DNA of 64,000 nucleotides from Escherichia coli 042 (GTDB lineage Bacteria; Pseudomonadota; Gammaproteobacteria; Enterobacterales; Enterobacteriaceae): NCBI RefSeq assembly GCF_000027125.1, contig NC_017626.1; one strand, 5' to 3'. Shown piece by piece: positions 16,049 to 28,589 of this stretch (position 1 is its first letter; each line of letters starts with the position of its first letter). The notes under the pieces were generated by a model. It saw only the letters and a program-made list of their open reading frames with translations, ran no database searches and was not told where the DNA came from. The position numbers and the translations under genes were made by a program.

Positions 16049-16786
16049 ATGACGCGCATGAAATATCTGGTGGCAGCCGCCACACTAAGCCTGTTTTTGG
16101 CGGGTTGCTCGGGGTCAAAGGAAGAAGTACCTGATAATCCGCCAAATGAAATTTACGCGACTGCACAACAAAAGCTGCAGGACGGTAACTGGAGACAGGC
16201 AATAACGCAACTGGAAGCGTTAGATAATCGCTATCCGTTTGGTCCGTATTCGCAGCAGGTGCAGCTGGATCTCATCTACGCCTACTATAAAAACGCCGAT
16301 TTGCCGTTAGCACAGGCTGCCATCGATCGTTTTATTCGCCTTAACCCGACCCATCCGAATATCGATTATGTCATGTACATGCGTGGCCTGACCAATATGG
16401 CGCTCGATGACAGTGCACTGCAAGGGTTCTTTGGCGTTGACCGTAGCGATCGCGATCCTCAACATGCACGAGCTGCGTTTAGTGACTTTTCCAAACTGGT
16501 GCGCGGCTATCCGAACAGTCAGTACACCACCGATGCCACCAAACGTCTGGTATTCCTGAAAGATCGTCTGGCGAAATATGAATACTCCGTTGCCGAGTAC
16601 TATACAGAACGTGGCGCATGGGTTGCCGTCGTTAACCGCGTAGAAGGCATGTTGCGCGACTACCCGGATACCCAGGCTACGCGTGATGCGCTGCCGCTGA
16701 TGGAAAATGCATACCGTCAGATGCAAATGAATGCGCAAGCTGAAAAAGTAGCGAAAATCATCGCCGCAAACAGCAGCAATACATAA
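16049..16786 (+). CDS. bamD: Outer membrane assembly lipoprotein BamD
   Basis: 245-aa ORF with lipobox LFLAGCSG; divergent from rluD. Confidence 0.92.
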
Positions 16787-16804
16787 CAGAAACCTGAAAC
16801 ACAA

Positions 16805-16832
16805 AACGGCAGCCTTGAGCTGCCGTTTTTTT
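16805..16832 (+). terminator. bamD terminator
   Basis: Hairpin aacggcagccttgagctgccgtt followed by a T-run. Confidence 0.75.
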
Positions 16833-17001
16833 ATTCTGTTTGTTGTGAAACTGAAGCGATTTAGTCACTATCGATCTCATCAAATATGGCTCGCTTTGAG
16901 ATATTCCTCAAGTAAAAAAACACCTCTTCCTGCGATTTCTCACAAAAAAGATTCGTTGACAAAAAGTGACAAAATTATGAGATTTCCATCACACATTTTG
17001 A

Positions 17002-17397
<396 letters not shown>

Positions 17398-17420
17398 TCC
17401 TTTATATTGAGTGTATCGCC

Positions 17421-17444
17421 AACGCGCCTTCGGGCGCGTTTTTT
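17421..17444 (+). terminator. raiA terminator
   Basis: Hairpin aacgcgccttcgggcgcgtt followed by a T-run; a TTGACA -35 element for pheLA follows directly. Confidence 0.75.
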
Positions 17445-17500
17445 GTTGACAGCGTGAAAACAGTACGGGTACTGTACTGAAGTCACTTAAGGAAACAAAC

Positions 17501-17548
17501 ATGAAACACACACCGTTTTTCTTCGCATTCTTTTTTACCTTCCCCTGA
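17501..17548 (+). CDS. pheL: pheA leader peptide
   Basis: 15-codon ORF [15 protein letters not shown], Phe-rich, upstream of pheA. Confidence 0.85.
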   Translation: [15 protein letters not shown]

Positions 17549-17594
17549 ATGGGAGGCGTTTCGTCGTGTGAAACAGAATGCGAAGACGAACAAT

Positions 17595-17626
17595 AAGGCC
17601 TCCCAAACCGGGGGGCCTTTTTTATT
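17595..17626 (+). terminator. pheA attenuator terminator
   Basis: Hairpin aaggcctcccaaaccggggggcctt followed by a T-run, between pheL and pheA. Confidence 0.85.
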
Positions 17627-17647
17627 GATAACAAAAAAGGCAACACT

Positions 17648-18808
17648 ATGACATCGGAAAATCCGTTACTGGCGCTGCGCGAGAAGATAAGCGCGCTGGA
17701 TGAAAAATTGCTGGCGTTACTGGCAGAGCGGCGCGAACTGGCCGTCGAGGTGGGCAAAGCCAAACTGCTCTCGCATCGCCCGGTACGTGATATTGATCGC
17801 GAACGCGATTTGCTGGAAAGATTAATTACGCTCGGTAAAGCGCACCATCTGGACGCCCATTACATTACTCGCCTGTTCCAGCTCATCATTGAAGATTCCG
17901 TATTAACTCAGCAGGCTTTGCTCCAGCAACATCTCAATAAAATTAATCCACACTCTGCCCGCATTGCTTTTCTCGGCCCCAAAGGCTCCTATTCACATCT
18001 TGCCGCTCGTCAGTACGCTGCGCGTCACTTTGAGCAATTCATTGAAAGTGGCTGCGCCAAATTTGCCGATATTTTTAATCAGGTGGAAACCGGCCAGGCC
18101 GACTATGCCGTCGTACCGATTGAAAATACCAGCTCCGGTGCCATAAACGACGTTTACGATCTGCTGCAACATACCAGTTTGTCGATTGTTGGCGAGATGA
18201 CGTTAACTATCGATCATTGTTTGTTGGTCTCCGGCACTACTGATTTATCCACCATTAATACGGTCTACAGCCATCCGCAGCCATTCCAGCAATGCAGCAA
18301 ATTCCTTAATCGTTATCCACACTGGAAGATTGAATATACCGAAAGTACGTCTGCGGCAATGGAAAAGGTTGCACAGGCAAAATCACCGCATGTTGCTGCG
18401 TTGGGAAGCGAAGCTGGCGGCACTTTGTACGGTTTGCAGGTACTGGAGCGTATTGAAGCGAATCAGCGACAAAACTTCACCCGATTTGTGGTGTTGGCAC
18501 GTAAAGCCATTAACGTGTCTGACCAGGTTCCAGCGAAAACGACGTTGTTAATGGCGACCGGGCAACAAGCTGGTGCGCTGGTTGAAGCATTGCTGGTACT
18601 GCGCAACCACAATCTGATTATGACCCGTCTGGAGTCACGCCCGATTCACGGTAATCCATGGGAAGAGATGTTTTATCTGGATATTCAGGCCAATCTTGAA
18701 TCAGCGGAAATGCAAAAAGCATTGAAAGAGTTAGGGGACATCACCCGTTCGATGAAGGTATTGGGCTGTTACCCAAGTGAGAACGTAGTGCCTGTTGATC
18801 CAACCTGA
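17648..18808 (+). CDS. pheA: Chorismate mutase/prephenate dehydratase
   Basis: 386-aa ORF; translation matches recalled PheA. Confidence 0.93.
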   Translation: MTSENPLLALREKISALDEKLLALLAERRELAVEVGKAKLLSHRPVRDIDRERDLLERLITLGKAHHLDAHYITRLFQLIIEDSVLTQQALLQQHLNKINPHSARIAFLGPKGSYSHLAARQYAARHFEQFIESGCAKFADIFNQVETGQADYAVVPIENTSSGAINDVYDLLQHTSLSIVGEMTLTIDHCLLVSGTTDLSTINTVYSHPQPFQQCSKFLNRYPHWKIEYTESTSAAMEKVAQAKSPHVAALGSEAGGTLYGLQVLERIEANQRQNFTRFVVLARKAINVSDQVPAKTTLLMATGQQAGALVEALLVLRNHNLIMTRLESRPIHGNPWEEMFYLDIQANLESAEMQKALKELGDITRSMKVLGCYPSENVVPVDPT

Positions 18809-18813
18809 TGAAA

Positions 18814-18845
18814 AGGTGCCGGATGATGTGAATCACCCGGCACTG
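18814..18845. terminator. Shared terminator region between convergent pheA and tyrA
   Basis: Inverted repeat gtgccgg...ccggcac in the 42-bp gap between the convergent genes. Confidence 0.45.
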
Positions 18846-18850
18846 GATTA

Positions 18851-19972
18851 TTAGTGGCGGTTGTCATTCGCCTGACGCAATAACACGCGGCTTTCACTCT
18901 GAAAACGCTGTGCGTAATCGCCGAACCAGTGCTCCACCTTGCGGAAACTGTCAATAAACGCCTGCTTATCGCCCTGCTCCAGCAACTCAATCGCCTCGCC
19001 GAAACGCTTATAGTAACGTTTGATTAACGCCAGATTACGCTCTGACGACATAATAATGTCGGCATAAAGCTGCGGATCCTGAGCAAACAGTCGCCCAACC
19101 ATCGCCAGTTCAAGGCGGTAAATCGGCGAAGAGAGCGCCAGAAGTTGCTCAAGCTGAACATTTTCTTCTGCCAGGTGCAGCCCATAAGCAAAAGTAGCAA
19201 AGTGGCGCAGAGCCTGAATAAACGCCATATTCTGATCGTGCTCGACAGCGCTAATACGATGCAGCCGAGCGCCCCAGACCTGAATTTGCTCCAGAAACCA
19301 TTGGTATGCTTCCGGCTTACGTCCATCACACCAGACCACAACTTGCTTTGCCAGGCTACCGCTGTCCGGGCCGAACATCGGGTGTAACCCCAGCACCGGA
19401 CCATCATGCGCCGCCAGCATGGCCTGTAATGGTCCATTTTTCACCGATGCCAGATCGACCAGAATACAATCTTTCGGTAAAGGCGGTAATTTGCCAATAA
19501 CTTGTTCAGTAACGTGGATGGGCACACTAACAATCACCATTCCGGCATCGGCAACAATATCAGCCGCTCGATCCCAGTCATGTTGCTCCAGAATCCGCAC
19601 CTGATAACCCGAGAGTGTCAGCATCTTCTCGAACAGACGTCCCATCTGACCGCCACCACCAACGATAACTACCGGGCGTAACGCAGGACAAAGCGTTTTA
19701 AATCCTTTGTCGTTTTCACTGGAGTAAGATTCACGCATCACCCGACGCAAAACATCCTCAATCAGATCTGGCGGTACACCCAGAGCTTCCGCCTCTGCAC
19801 GACGCGAGGCCAGCATAGATGCCTCGCGCTCCGGAACATAAATAGGCAGTCCAAAGCGGCTTTTCACCTCGCCCACTTCAGCAACCAGTTCCAGACGCTT
19901 CGCTAATAAATTCAGCAGCGCTTTATCGACTTCATCAATTTGATCGCGTAATGCGGTCAATTCAGCAACCAT
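18851..19972 (-). CDS. tyrA: Chorismate mutase/prephenate dehydrogenase
   Basis: 373-aa ORF; translation matches recalled TyrA. Confidence 0.93.
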   Translation of the reverse strand: MVAELTALRDQIDEVDKALLNLLAKRLELVAEVGEVKSRFGLPIYVPEREASMLASRRAEAEALGVPPDLIEDVLRRVMRESYSSENDKGFKTLCPALRPVVIVGGGGQMGRLFEKMLTLSGYQVRILEQHDWDRAADIVADAGMVIVSVPIHVTEQVIGKLPPLPKDCILVDLASVKNGPLQAMLAAHDGPVLGLHPMFGPDSGSLAKQVVVWCDGRKPEAYQWFLEQIQVWGARLHRISAVEHDQNMAFIQALRHFATFAYGLHLAEENVQLEQLLALSSPIYRLELAMVGRLFAQDPQLYADIIMSSERNLALIKRYYKRFGEAIELLEQGDKQAFIDSFRKVEHWFGDYAQRFQSESRVLLRQANDNRH

Positions 19973-19982
19973 AATAAACCTC

Positions 19983-21053
19983 TTAAGCCACGCGAGCCGT
20001 CAGCTGCCCGTTCAGATCCTGATGAATTTCACGCAGCAAGGCATCGGTCATTTCCCAACTAATGCAGGCATCGGTTACGGATACACCGTATTTCATTTCA
20101 CTGCGCGGTTGCTCGGAAGACTGATTGCCCTCGTGGATATTACTTTCGATCATCAGACCAATAATTGAGCGATTGCCATCTTTGATTTGAGCAACCACGG
20201 ATTCTGCCACCGCAGGCTGACGGCGATAATCTTTATTGGAATTACCGTGGCTGCAATCTACCATCAGAGACGGGCGCAGTCCCGCCTGTTCCATCTCTTT
20301 TTCACATTGCGCAACATCCGCAGGGCTATAGTTCGGCGCTTTACCACCGCGCAGGATCACATGCCCGTCCGGATTCCCCTGAGTTTGTAGCAACGCAACC
20401 TGCCCTGCCTGGTTAATGCCAACAAAACGGTGCGGCTGGGCGGCGGCACGCATAGCGTTAATTGCCGTTGCAAGGCTGCCGTCGGTGCCGTTTTTAAAAC
20501 CAACCGGCATGGAAAGCCCGGAGGCCATTTCACGGTGAGTTTGCGATTCCGTTGTACGAGCACCAATTGCTGACCAGCTAAACAGATCGCCCAGGTATTG
20601 CGGGCTATTTGGATCTAACGCTTCCGTCGCCAGTGGCAGTCCCATATTCACCAGCTCAAGCAGCAATTTACGCGCGATCTGCAGCCCGGCTTCTACATCA
20701 AAAGAGCCATCCATATGGGGATCGTTAATCAACCCTTTCCAACCGACAGTGGTACGGGGTTTTTCAAAATAGACGCGCATTACCAGATAGAGGCTATCGC
20801 TGACCTCTGCGGCAAGGGCTTTAAATCGACGAGCATATTCCAGAGCAGTTTCCGGCTCATGAATGGAACAAGGACCACATACTACCAGCAGACGAGGATC
20901 GCGCCCGGCGATAATATCTGAAATGGTTTTACGCGAGTCAGCAATCTGGGCTTCTTGTTGCAGGCTTAATGGAAAAGCGGCCTTCAGTTGTTCCGGAGTC
21001 ATTAAAACTTGTTCGTCGGTAATATGTACGTTATTCAGCGCGTCTTTTTGCAT
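19983..21053 (-). CDS. aroF: Tyr-sensitive DAHP synthase
   Basis: Translation from [15 protein letters not shown] (356 aa); the track ORF is extended 23 codons upstream. Confidence 0.9.
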   Translation of the reverse strand: MQKDALNNVHITDEQVLMTPEQLKAAFPLSLQQEAQIADSRKTISDIIAGRDPRLLVVCGPCSIHEPETALEYARRFKALAAEVSDSLYLVMRVYFEKPRTTVGWKGLINDPHMDGSFDVEAGLQIARKLLLELVNMGLPLATEALDPNSPQYLGDLFSWSAIGARTTESQTHREMASGLSMPVGFKNGTDGSLATAINAMRAAAQPHRFVGINQAGQVALLQTQGNPDGHVILRGGKAPNYSPADVAQCEKEMEQAGLRPSLMVDCSHGNSNKDYRRQPAVAESVVAQIKDGNRSIIGLMIESNIHEGNQSSEQPRSEMKYGVSVTDACISWEMTDALLREIHQDLNGQLTARVA

Positions 21054-21262
21054 GATGGCGATCCTGTTTATGCTCGTTTGCGATAGTTGATCCTCAGCGA
21101 GGATGACGTAACGATAACACATAAAGTAAAGTTTTCAATCCATATTTCGTACACTTTTCTTTACATAAGCAATTTAATCGCGCTTTTAACCCTTGTAACT
21201 GTATAAATAAATTTACACCACCTTTGAAAACAATCCGCTATGCTTTGAAAAAGGAGAAAGAA

Positions 21263-21628
21263 ATGATGAAAAAGTTTATCGCCCCCTTGTTGGCTTTACT
21301 GGTTAGCGGATGTCAGATTGATCCTTATACTCACGCGCCAACCTTGACCAGCACCGACTGGTATGATGTTGGTATGGAAGATGCGATATCGGGCAGCGCC
21401 ATAAAAGATGACGATGCATTTAGCGATTCACAGGCGGATCGCGGTCTATACCTTAAAGGATATGCCGAAGGACAAAAGAAAACTTGCCAGACCGATTTTA
21501 CTTATGCCCGAGGACTTTCCGGTAAAAGCTTTCCTGCCAGCTGCAACAATGTTGAAAATGCCAGCCAACTGCATGAAGTATGGCAAAAAGGGGCTGATGA
21601 AAATGCCAGCACAATACGATTAAATTAA
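21263..21628 (+). CDS. yfiL: Lipoprotein YfiL
   Basis: ORF with lipobox LLVSGCQ; start MMKKF preceded by SD aaggag. Confidence 0.8.
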   Translation: MMKKFIAPLLALLVSGCQIDPYTHAPTLTSTDWYDVGMEDAISGSAIKDDDAFSDSQADRGLYLKGYAEGQKKTCQTDFTYARGLSGKSFPASCNNVENASQLHEVWQKGADENASTIRLN

Positions 21629-21777
21629 TTAAACCCCCGCAAATAAATTAAGCATGAGATTTTACTCATTGTGTTTTATTTCTCACATTGATGACGACCG
21701 CATGAAAGAATGATATTTTAATGAGCATTCTGAAAAAATATCGATGCATTTCGAGCGAAGATGGTGAGGATCCCTGA

Positions 21778-22296
21778 ATGCGTTTTTCTCACCGACTGTT
21801 CTTACTGCTGATTCTCCTGCTGACGGGAGCACCAATACTCGCTCAGGAACCTTCTGACGTTGCGAAAAACGTGCGTATGATGGTTTCCGGTATTGTCAGT
21901 TACACCCGCTGGCCTGCGCTATCAGGGCCACCAAAGTTATGTATCTTTTCATCTTCACGTTTTAGTACCGCCCTACAAGAGAATGCCGCGACATCTTTGC
22001 CTTATCTGCCTGTCATCATTCACACTCAACAAGAGGCGATGATTTCAGGCTGCAATGGTTTTTATTTTGGCAACGAGTCACCGACATTCCAGATGGAATT
22101 AACCGAACAATATCCGTCAAAGGCGTTATTATTAATTGCCGAACAAAATACCGAGTGCATTATTGGTAGCGCCTTTTGTCTGATCATCCACAATAATGAC
22201 GTCAGATTTGCCGTAAACCTGGATGCCTTATCGCGTAGCGGTGTAAAGGTCAACCCGGACGTCTTAATGCTCGCACGGAAGAAAAATGATGGATAA
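21778..22296 (+). CDS. yfiR: Periplasmic repressor of DgcN
   Basis: 172-aa ORF with signal peptide; first gene of the yfiR-dgcN-yfiB cluster. Confidence 0.85.
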
Positions 22297-23512
22297 CGAT
22301 AATTCTCTTAATAAGCGCCCCACGTTTAAAAGAGCATTACGCAACATCAGTATGACCAGCATATTTATCACTATGATGCTGATCTGGTTGCTGCTTTCCG
22401 TGACCTCGGTGCTGACCCTGAAACAGTACGCGCAAAAAAACCTGGCACTGACAGCAGCAACAATGACTTACAGTCTGGAAGCAGCGGTCGTTTTTGCCGA
22501 TGGCCCTGCAGCAACTGAAACACTGGCGGCGCTGGGGCAGCAAGGGCAATTTTCAACTGCAGAAGTGCGTGATAAGCAGCAAAATATTCTGGCATCCTGG
22601 CATTACACCCGTAAGGATCCAGGCGATACTTTCAGTAATTTCATAAGCCACTGGCTCTTCCCTGCCCCCATCATTCAGCCGATTCGTCACAATGGTGAAA
22701 CCATTGGCGAAGTACGCTTAACCGCTCGCGACAGTTCAATCAGCCATTTTATCTGGTTTTCGCTCGCCGTACTAACCGGTTGTATTCTGCTGGCATCAGG
22801 CATCGCAATTACCCTCACCCGCCATTTGCACAATGGTCTGGTGGAAGCATTGAAAAATATCACCGATGTCGTGCATGACGTACGTTCCAACCGCAATTTT
22901 TCCCGACGAGTTTCGGAAGAACGTATCGCTGAGTTTCACCGCTTCGCACTCGACTTCAACAGTCTGCTGGATGAAATGGAAGAGTGGCAGCTTCGTTTAC
23001 AGGCCAAAAATGCGCAGCTTCTACGTACCGCGCTACATGACCCATTAATCGGGCTGGCTAACCGCGCAGCGTTTCGTAGCGGCATCAACACGTTGATGAA
23101 CAATTCCGATGCCCGAAAAACGTCGGCGTTACTATTTCTTGATGGCGATAATTTCAAATATATCAATGATACCTGGGGTCATGCGACGGGCGATCGTGTC
23201 CTGATTGAGGTGGCAAAACGGTTAGCTGAATTTGGCGGGCTGCAACATAAAGCATACCGCATAGGCGGCGATGAATTTGCGATGGTCCTCTTTGGTGTAC
23301 AGTCGGAATCCGAAGTACAGCGGATTTGCTCAGCACTGACACAAATCTTTAATCGCCCGTTTGATCTTCATAATGGTCATCAGACCACCATGACATTAAG
23401 CATTGGTTACGCGATGACCATTGAGCATGCCTCTGCGGAAAAATTACAAGAGCTGGCCGATCACAATATGTATCAGGCCAAACACCAGCGTGCCGAAAAG
23501 CTGGTGAGATAA
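22286..23512 (+). CDS. dgcN: Diguanylate cyclase DgcN (YfiN)
   Basis: 408-aa membrane protein with C-terminal GGDEF motif (RIGGDEF). Confidence 0.9.
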
Positions 23513-23527
23513 CAAGGATATATCGAT

Positions 23528-24010
23528 ATGATAAAGCACCTGGTAGCACCCCTGATTTTCACCTCGCTAGTACTGACTGGCTGCCAGTCCCCTCAGGGAA
23601 AGTTTACTCCTGAGCAAGTTGCCGCTATGCAATCTTATGGATTTACTGAATCCGCCGGCGACTGGTCGCTGGGATTATCAGATGCCATTCTGTTCGCAAA
23701 AAATGACTACAAATTGCTCCCGGAAAGCCAGCAACAGATCCAAACCATGGCAGCCAAATTGGCCTCGACAGGGCTAACGCATGCCCGTATGGATGGACAC
23801 ACCGACAACTATGGTGAAGACAGTTACAACGAAGCCTTATCATTGAAACGGGCGAATGTCGTGGCCGATGCCTGGGCTATGGGTGGACAAATTCCGCGCA
23901 GCAATCTCACCACACAGGGTTTAGGAAAAAAATATCCCATAGCCAGTAACAAGACCGCCCAGGGCCGCGCCGAGAACCGCCGCGTCGCAGTGGTGATTAC
24001 TACCCCTTAA
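23528..24010 (+). CDS. yfiB: OmpA-family outer membrane lipoprotein YfiB
   Basis: 160-aa ORF with lipobox LVLTGCQ and OmpA-like C-terminal region. Confidence 0.88.
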   Translation: MIKHLVAPLIFTSLVLTGCQSPQGKFTPEQVAAMQSYGFTESAGDWSLGLSDAILFAKNDYKLLPESQQQIQTMAAKLASTGLTHARMDGHTDNYGEDSYNEALSLKRANVVADAWAMGGQIPRSNLTTQGLGKKYPIASNKTAQGRAENRRVAVVITTP

Positions 24011-24034
24011 AACACGAACAAACAGATAAAAAAA

Positions 24035-24056
24035 GGGCCAGCCAATTGGCCAGCCC
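24035..24056. terminator. Bidirectional terminator between yfiB and rplS
   Basis: Perfect hairpin gggccagccaattggccagccc flanked by an A-run and a T-run. Confidence 0.7.
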
Positions 24057-24086
24057 TTCTTAACAGGATGTCGCTTAAGCGAAACC

Positions 24087-24437
<351 letters not shown>

Positions 24438-24475
24438 TTAATCTCTTATCCTGGGTAAACTGATATCTCGGGGGC

Positions 24476-25243
24476 TTACGCCATCCCATCATGTTTATGT
24501 TGCTGTTGTGCGTGTTCCGTTTTGAACTCCGCCAGCAACCTTGCTTGCTCTTCAGTCAGAGCCAGGTTTTCCAGAAGTTCAGGTCTTCTAAGCCAGGTAC
24601 GGCCCAGCGACTGTTTCAAACGCCAGCGACGTATCTCGGCATGGTTGCCCGACAGTAACACTGACGGAACTTCCATCCCTTCTAACACCTCAGGCCGCGT
24701 ATAGTGCGGGCAATCCAGCAATCCTTCAGCAAAGGAATCTTCCGTTGCCGAAGCTTCATGTCCCAGTACTCCCGGAATAAACCGGGAAACGGAGTCAATC
24801 AGCGTCATTGCTGGTAACTCACCACCACTGAGAACGTAATCGCCGATTGACCATTCTTCGTCAATTTCGGTTTGGATCACGCGCTCATCTATACCTTCGT
24901 AGCGACCGCACACCAGAATCAATTTTTGATTCGTTGCCAGTTCACTGACGCCCGCTTGATCAAGCTTGCGTCCCTGTGGTGAAAGATAAATCACCTTTGC
25001 GCCTTCACCCGCCGCGGCTTTTGCTGCATGAATGGCGTCCCGCAAGGGTTGCACCATCATTAACATCCCCGGTCCGCCGCCGTAAGGACGATCGTCCACA
25101 GTACGGTGCCGGTCATGCGTGAAGTCGCGAGGACTCCAGCTCTGGATGCTCAGCAGGCCATTTTTAACTGCCCGGCCAGTTACCCCGTAATCGGTAATTG
25201 CGCGGAACATTTCAGGAAACAGGCTAATTATGCCAATCCACAT
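24476..25243 (-). CDS. trmD: tRNA (guanine37-N1)-methyltransferase
   Basis: 255-aa ORF; translation matches recalled TrmD. Confidence 0.93.
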   Translation of the reverse strand: MWIGIISLFPEMFRAITDYGVTGRAVKNGLLSIQSWSPRDFTHDRHRTVDDRPYGGGPGMLMMVQPLRDAIHAAKAAAGEGAKVIYLSPQGRKLDQAGVSELATNQKLILVCGRYEGIDERVIQTEIDEEWSIGDYVLSGGELPAMTLIDSVSRFIPGVLGHEASATEDSFAEGLLDCPHYTRPEVLEGMEVPSVLLSGNHAEIRRWRLKQSLGRTWLRRPELLENLALTEEQARLLAEFKTEHAQQQHKHDGMA

Positions 25244-25273
25244 AGCGCCGTCTTTTACCGTTTATCCGGTGGT

Positions 25274-25822
25274 TTAAAAACCAGGATCCCAATCTACTTC
25301 GATTGAACGAGTAGTGAGATCGACTTTCTTGATAACCTGCCCATCGAGGAACGGTACGAGACGTTCCTTGATACCAAACGCATCTTTCAGGTTTGCCTTA
25401 ATGACGAGAACGTCATTAGATCCGGTTTCCATCATATCGACGACTTTACCGAGATCGTAGCCTTCAGTGGTTACTACCTGGCAGCCCATCAGGTCTTTCC
25501 AGTAGTAGTCACCCTCTTCAAGCTGAGGCAGCTGCGATGAATCCACGACAATTTCACAATTCGTCAGCAGGTTCGCCGCATCACGATCGTCAACGCCTTT
25601 CAGCTTGATGATCATGTCCTGATTGTGGTGCTTCCAGCTTTCCAGCTGGACTTGCTGCCACTGACCCGCCTTCTGGATAAACCAGGGCTGATAGTCAAAA
25701 ATGCTTTCGGCGTCTTCGGTGGAAGAAAACACTCTGAGCCACCCACGAATACCGTAAGACGAACCCATTTTTCCCAAAACGATGGGATCAACAGGTGCTT
25801 GCGCGGTGAGTTGTTTGCTCAT
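25274..25822 (-). CDS. rimM: 16S rRNA processing protein RimM
   Basis: Translation from MSKQLTAQ (182 aa); the track ORF is 3 codons longer. Confidence 0.9.
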
Positions 25823-25840
25823 CATGACCACCGTGACAGA

Positions 25841-26167
<327 letters not shown>

Positions 26168-26225
26168 TTACTGATTTCTGGAGAAAATGCAATCAGCAGT
26201 TAATAACTCTGTCGCATAAGGTCAT

Positions 26226-27587
26226 TTAGCGACCAGGAAATCCCGGCGGCATCATACCCTTCATGCTTCTCATCATCTTCGCCATTCCGCCCTTCTTCAT
26301 TTTCTTCATCATGCGCTGCATGTCGTCGAACTGCTTCAGAAGGCGGTTAACGTCCTGTACCTGCATCCCGCAACCGGCGGCGATACGACGCTTACGCGAA
26401 CCTTTGATGATTTCTGGCTTAGCGCGCTCTTTCATCGTCATCGAGTTGATGATGGCTTCCATACGCACCAGCACTTTATCGTCCATCTGCGACTTGACGT
26501 TATCCGGGATCTGCCCCATGCCCGGCAGCTTGCCCATCAGGCTAGCCATGCCGCCCATATTTTTCATCTGGCGCAGCTGCTCAAGAAAGTCGTTGAGATC
26601 GAAGCCGTCGCCTTTTTTCAGCTTGCTGGCTAATTTCTCTGCCTGCGCGCGGTCAACTTTGCTTTCGATATCTTCGATCAGTGACAGTACGTCGCCCATG
26701 CCGAGAATACGCGACGCGATGCGGTCCGGATGGAACGGCTCCAGCGCCTCAGTTTTCTCGCCAACACCGAGGAACTTGATCGGTTTGCCAGTGATGTGAC
26801 GAATAGAGAGCGCCGCACCACCGCGGGCATCGCCGTCCACTTTGGTCAAGACTACACCGGTAAGCGGTAACGCTTCATTGAATGCTTTTGCCGTATTGGC
26901 CGCATCCTGACCGGTCATGGCGTCAACCACAAACAGGGTTTCAACCGGATTAATCGACGCATGGACTTGTTTGATCTCATCCATCATCGCTTCGTCAACG
27001 TGCAGACGACCAGCGGTATCCACCAGCAGCACGTCGTAGAATTTCAGTTTGGCTTCTTTCAGCGCCGCGTTAACGATATCTACCGGCTTCTGACCAACAT
27101 CAGAAGGGAAGAAATCAACGCCCACCTGCTCTGCCAGCGTCTCAAGCTGTTTGATTGCCGCCGGGCGATAAACGTCGGCGGAAACCACCAGCACTTTCTT
27201 CTTGTGCTTCTCGCGCAGGAACTTACCGAGTTTACCAACGCTGGTTGTTTTACCGGCACCTTGCAGGCCCGCCATCAGCACGACCGCAGGCGGTTGCGCA
27301 GCCAGGTTCAGGGTCTGGTTCTCTTCGCCCATCGCCGCAACCAGTTCGTTACGGACGATTTTGACGAACTCCTGCCCCGGCGTCAGGCTCTTATTAACTT
27401 CATGACCAACCGCTTTCTCTTTTACGCGATTGATAAACTCACGCACTACCGGCAGAGCGACGTCCGCCTCCAGCAGCGCCATGCGCACTTCGCGCAGCGT
27501 ATCTTTTACGTTGTCTTCAGTGAGGCGTCCACGGCCACTGATATTGCGCAGCGTGCGCGACAAACGATCGGTTAAATTATCAAACAT
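26226..27587 (-). CDS. ffh: Signal recognition particle protein Ffh
   Basis: 453-aa ORF with GTPase motifs (GLQGAGKTT) and Met-rich C-terminal M domain. Confidence 0.93.
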   Translation of the reverse strand: MFDNLTDRLSRTLRNISGRGRLTEDNVKDTLREVRMALLEADVALPVVREFINRVKEKAVGHEVNKSLTPGQEFVKIVRNELVAAMGEENQTLNLAAQPPAVVLMAGLQGAGKTTSVGKLGKFLREKHKKKVLVVSADVYRPAAIKQLETLAEQVGVDFFPSDVGQKPVDIVNAALKEAKLKFYDVLLVDTAGRLHVDEAMMDEIKQVHASINPVETLFVVDAMTGQDAANTAKAFNEALPLTGVVLTKVDGDARGGAALSIRHITGKPIKFLGVGEKTEALEPFHPDRIASRILGMGDVLSLIEDIESKVDRAQAEKLASKLKKGDGFDLNDFLEQLRQMKNMGGMASLMGKLPGMGQIPDNVKSQMDDKVLVRMEAIINSMTMKERAKPEIIKGSRKRRIAAGCGMQVQDVNRLLKQFDDMQRMMKKMKKGGMAKMMRSMKGMMPPGFPGR

Positions 27588-27753
27588 TGTCTCTCGCCTG
27601 GGGTGGAAACGGTTGGCCGCAATCGCGACACATCATCAGTATTTTGCCGCAGTATAACATGAAGGCGTCTTTGTTGTTATGCAACGGTTGGAGCTGCGTT
27701 CACCTAACGCTATACTGCTTCTCTTTCTTATTGCTCAAACTGTCGACCTTACT

Positions 27754-28545
27754 ATGCCCGTTTTTGCTCTGCTCGCGCTTGTCGCCTACTCCGTCAGTCT
27801 TGCGCTGATTGTTCCCGGTCTGCTGCAAAAAAACGGCGGCTGGCGGCGCATGGCTATTATTTCTGCGGTCATCGCGCTGGTCTGCCACGCAATCGCTCTG
27901 GAAGCCCGCATCCTGCCCGACGGTGATAGCGGACAAAACCTCAGCCTGCTGAATGTTGGTTCATTGGTCAGTTTGATGATCTGTACGGTAATGACCATTG
28001 TAGCTTCTCGCAATCGTGGCTGGTTGCTGCTACCCATTGTCTATGCCTTTGCGCTTATCAACCTGGCGCTGGCGACCTTCATGCCCAATGAATACATCAC
28101 CCATCTGGAAGCTACGCCTGGGATGCTGGTGCACATTGGCTTATCGCTCTTTTCCTATGCCACGCTGATTATCGCCGCCCTGTACGCGCTGCAACTGGCG
28201 TGGATTGATTACCAACTGAAGAACAAGAAGCTGGCGTTTAACCAGGAAATGCCGCCATTGATGAGTATCGAGCGTAAAATGTTCCACATCACACAGATTG
28301 GCGTGGTGCTGCTAACGCTCACTCTTTGCACTGGCCTGTTCTACATGCACAACTTATTTAGCATGGAAAATATCGACAAGGCCGTGCTCTCTATCGTGGC
28401 GTGGTTTGTCTATATTGTGCTGCTGTGGGGACATTATCATGAAGGATGGCGTGGACGCCGCGTCGTCTGGTTTAACGTTGCGGGTGCAGTCATTCTGACA
28501 CTGGCCTACTTCGGCAGCCGAATTGTCCAGCAGTTAATCAGCTAA
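27754..28545 (+). CDS. ypjD: Inner membrane protein YpjD (cytochrome c assembly-like)
   Basis: Polytopic membrane ORF divergent from ffh; start chosen at MPVFALL (263 aa), the track ORF begins 25 codons upstream. Confidence 0.8.
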   Translation: MPVFALLALVAYSVSLALIVPGLLQKNGGWRRMAIISAVIALVCHAIALEARILPDGDSGQNLSLLNVGSLVSLMICTVMTIVASRNRGWLLLPIVYAFALINLALATFMPNEYITHLEATPGMLVHIGLSLFSYATLIIAALYALQLAWIDYQLKNKKLAFNQEMPPLMSIERKMFHITQIGVVLLTLTLCTGLFYMHNLFSMENIDKAVLSIVAWFVYIVLLWGHYHEGWRGRRVVWFNVAGAVILTLAYFGSRIVQQLIS

Positions 28546-28589
28546 ACCCAGAAAAGGAGTTTCCCCTGGAACACATTTCTACTACTACG

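Noticed and set aside
21778-24010. yfiR-dgcN-yfiB as a possible novel signalling module
   Set aside because: This is the well-characterised YfiBNR (DgcN) c-di-GMP system in its usual position; nothing unusual was seen in the sequence.
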